40,292 nucleotides of DNA, from positions 1 through 40,292 of the forward strand of contig JAPYTU010000003.1 of NCBI GenBank assembly GCA_029940715.1. Direction: 5' to 3'. Source of the DNA: Cytophagales bacterium. GTDB lineage: Bacteria; Bacteroidota; Bacteroidia; Cytophagales; MED-G16. The translations under genes and the position numbers were made by a program. Shown one piece after another: positions 37,699 to 40,292 of the stretch; position 1 is the stretch's first letter; every line of letters starts with the position of its first letter. The notes under the pieces were generated by a model. That model had not been told where the DNA came from. It made no database searches and saw only the letters and a program-made list of their open reading frames with translations.

Positions 37699-40292
37699 TT
37701 ATTTTTTTTTAATAAAAAATGAATTGAATTATTTTCAAATTCAAAAATATGTTTGGTAATAAAATTATCTTTAATTGTTATAGTTGTAGCCTGAATTTCA
37801 TTACAAACATAATTGTTAAATGATTTTATAGCTTTTATTATAATTGATTGATTGTCTATTATATCAATAGAAATTTTATCAATAACATTCAACCCTAATT
37901 CTTTTCTTAAATTTTGAATTCTATTAATAAATTCTCGAGAAATTCCTTCTAATTTTAATTCTTCAGAAATATGTAAGTCTAATGCTATAGTAAATAAATC
38001 ATTATTGGCTATTGACCAACCTGAAATATCACCGTACTTTACAACAACCTGATCTAAATCAATCGAATAATTTTTATTATCTATTTTTACTTTAATAAAA
38101 CCCCTTTTTTCTAAATCAATAATGTTCTTATTATTAAATCCTTTAATTAAATGCACTACTTTATTAGTTAAAGAACCATACATTTTTCCTATAATTTTAT
38201 AATTTGGAGATGCCTTTTTAACTAGTATCTCGGAAGAATCATCAATAAATTCTAATTTTTTAATATTGACTTCATTTAAAATAATCCTTGAAACAGATAT
38301 TATATTTTGTTTTTCAGAATCTGATTTAATTGGAATAAGCAATTTCCCTAATGGTTGTCTTACTTTGATTTTTTCCTTTTTTCTAATAGAATGAACAAGT
38401 GAAGAAATATTTTGAGCATATTTCATTTTAATTTCCAAATTTTTGTTAATTAAATTATTATGAACCTGAGGAAAATCTGAAAAATGAACTGATTCTAAAT
38501 CACTATTTTTTGAGAATGCATTCAAATCTCTAAATAAATACTCTGAATAAAATGGAATAAACGGTGAAGATAGTATTGCAATTTTCTCTAAACATTCAAA
38601 TAACGTTTGATATGCCATTTTTTTATCATCTGAATAATCACCTTTCCAAAATCTTTTTCTATTTAACCGTACATACCAATTACTCAAGTCATTTATTAAA
38701 AATGCATTAAGACACCTTGCTGCTTTAGTAGGATCAAAATTCTCAAGATAATTATCAATAGATTTGATTGTTGAATTAAGTTTACTTATTATCCACCTAT
38801 CATCAAATGACCTTTTAGAGTAATCAATAATTTTTTCATCATTTATGAAATGATCTATATTAGCATATAAAGCAAAAAAATTATAAGTATTAGATAAAGT
38901 ACCAAAAAATTTTCTTAATACTTCTTTGATGCCTTTTTCATCAAATTTTAAATTATCCCAAGGATTAGAATTAGATATCATATACCACCTTGTAGCATCT
39001 GGACCATAATTTTTTATAATTTCAAAAGGATCTACAGCATTTCCTAATCTTTTAGACATTTTGTTTCCATCTCTATCCAATACTAATCCATTAGAAATAA
39101 CATTCTCAAAACTTTTTTTACCAAATAACATAATAGAAATAACGTGAAGAGTAAAAAACCAACCACGAGTTTGATCAACACCTTCAGCAATAAATTTTGC
39201 TGGAAACATCTCTTTAAAAAAATTAGAATTTTCAAAAGGGTAATGATATTGAGCAAAAGGAACAGATCCCGAATCATACCAAACATCAATGATATCTAAC
39301 TCTCTATACATTGGATTTCCAGAATTAGATACTAAGACAATATCATCAACATATGGTCTGTGCATATCAAAAGTATCATCCAATAAACTATCCATGAATC
39401 CTTTGTTATAAGATTTATTTACTTCGTTTTTTAATTCTTGAAAACTCCCAATACATATTTCTTCATTTCCATCTTTAGTTCTCCAAATTGGCAAAGGAGT
39501 TCCCCAAAATCTTGATCTACTAAGATTCCAATCAACCAAATTTTCTAACCAATCACCAAATCTTCCAGAACCAGTAGATTTTGGCTGCCAATTAATTTCT
39601 TTATTTTGCTTAATAAATTGTTTTTTTAATTTAGTTGTTTTAATAAACCAAGAATCCATAGGATAATAAAGAATTGGTTTATCAGTTCTCCAACAATGAG
39701 GATATGAGTGTTTGTGTTTTTTTACATCAAATGCTTTATTTTCTATTTTAAGTTTTATTGAAATTTTAGCATCTGTTGATAACTCATCTTTATCAGAATT
39801 TTTATTAAACTCTTTTACATACATACCAGAAAAATCCTTAATTTCTTTTACAAACTTTCCTGATTTATCAACTATAGGAACATCCTCACCCTTATTATTT
39901 TTTACAAATATTCCGGGTAATTTATTTTTTATCGAAATTGTATAATCATCTGAACCAAAAGTTTTTGAAATATGAACAATTCCAGTACCTTCATTTGTTG
40001 AAACAAAATCAGCATCAACCACAGTAAAAGCAGGTTTTTCAGCTTTAACATATGGGAGCAGTTGTTCATAATCCAATCCAATAAAATCAGATCCTTTAAA
40101 GGTTGTTAAAATCTTATATTTTAATTTTTTTTCATCGTAATCATCAATATTATTATGAATCTCATTTTTAGAATCAAAAAAATATGGTAAACAGTCTTGA
40201 GCCAAAATAACTTTTATCTTATTTTTAGTGTACTTATTATATGTTTCTACTAGAGAATACACTATTTTTTTCCCAACAGCAAGACCATTATT
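37695..40292 (-). CDS. ileS: Isoleucine--tRNA ligase (type 2), 5' part outside the window
   Basis: GTGIVH, HSYPHCWR, DWNLSRSRFWGTPLP, EGVDQTRGWF and KMSKR. The frame stays open from 40262 to the window end (NNGLAVGKKIV...). Confidence 0.97.
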   Translation of the reverse strand, partial: NNGLAVGKKIVYSLVETYNKYTKNKIKVILAQDCLPYFFDSKNEIHNNIDDYDEKKLKYKILTTFKGSDFIGLDYEQLLPYVKAEKPAFTVVDADFVSTNEGTGIVHISKTFGSDDYTISIKNKLPGIFVKNNKGEDVPIVDKSGKFVKEIKDFSGMYVKEFNKNSDKDELSTDAKISIKLKIENKAFDVKKHKHSYPHCWRTDKPILYYPMDSWFIKTTKLKKQFIKQNKEINWQPKSTGSGRFGDWLENLVDWNLSRSRFWGTPLPIWRTKDGNEEICIGSFQELKNEVNKSYNKGFMDSLLDDTFDMHRPYVDDIVLVSNSGNPMYRELDIIDVWYDSGSVPFAQYHYPFENSNFFKEMFPAKFIAEGVDQTRGWFFTLHVISIMLFGKKSFENVISNGLVLDRDGNKMSKRLGNAVDPFEIIKNYGPDATRWYMISNSNPWDNLKFDEKGIKEVLRKFFGTLSNTYNFFALYANIDHFINDEKIIDYSKRSFDDRWIISKLNSTIKSIDNYLENFDPTKAARCLNAFLINDLSNWYVRLNRKRFWKGDYSDDKKMAYQTLFECLEKIAILSSPFIPFYSEYLFRDLNAFSKNSDLESVHFSDFPQVHNNLINKNLEIKMKYAQNISSLVHSIRKKEKIKVRQPLGKLLIPIKSDSEKQNIISVSRIILNEVNIKKLEFIDDSSEILVKKASPNYKIIGKMYGSLTNKVVHLIKGFNNKNIIDLEKRGFIKVKIDNKNYSIDLDQVVVKYGDISGWSIANNDLFTIALDLHISEELKLEGISREFINRIQNLRKELGLNVIDKISIDIIDNQSIIIKAIKSFNNYVCNEIQATTITIKDNFITKHIFEFENNSIHFLLKKNK

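Noticed and set aside
5691-39945. Short antisense or overlapping ORFs in the track (5691, 7051, 13499, 15553, 15892, 21889, 25208, 27131, 31419, 31511, 31740, 32295, 32921, 33267, 36530, 39083, 39712)
   Set aside because: All lie within or across well-supported genes and show no motifs. They are expected shadow frames.
37695-40292. Type-2 IleRS as an acquired mupirocin-resistance gene
   Set aside because: This type is the normal Bacteroidota IleRS and sits in the standard ileS-lspA context.

Overview
Very AT-rich, densely packed chromosomal segment from a streamlined Bacteroidota genome. It looks Cytophagales-like, an inference from TAnnTTTG promoters, type-2 IleRS, CtlX, Lnb/DUF4105, DUF4783 and RprXY-like genes. 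Most of the window is housekeeping: gltX, glnS, folE, purE, gpmI, recX, rsmI, a PpiD/SurA-type foldase, lptC, anmK, nhaD, ribH, pdhA, recF, lspA and a 5'-truncated ileS. Four features stand out. (1) An intact but apparently catalytically dead tyrosine-integrase gene (3628-4797) is bracketed exactly by 24-bp direct repeats, each a tandem of AGGATACAT, and sits between the arginine-deiminase-family gene and ctlX. (2) tRNA-Val(GAC) is followed by a one-gene cassette closed by a diverged copy of the tRNA 3' end, then by a Bax-inhibitor-1 gene with a large soluble insertion and an in-frame TAG. (3) A stand-alone HisA paralog lacks the catalytic N-terminal Asp. (4) The first 260 bp hold two colliding, damaged gene starts, either a pseudogene junction or an assembly/read artefact. 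All family assignments come from motif recognition by eye; no database searches were run.
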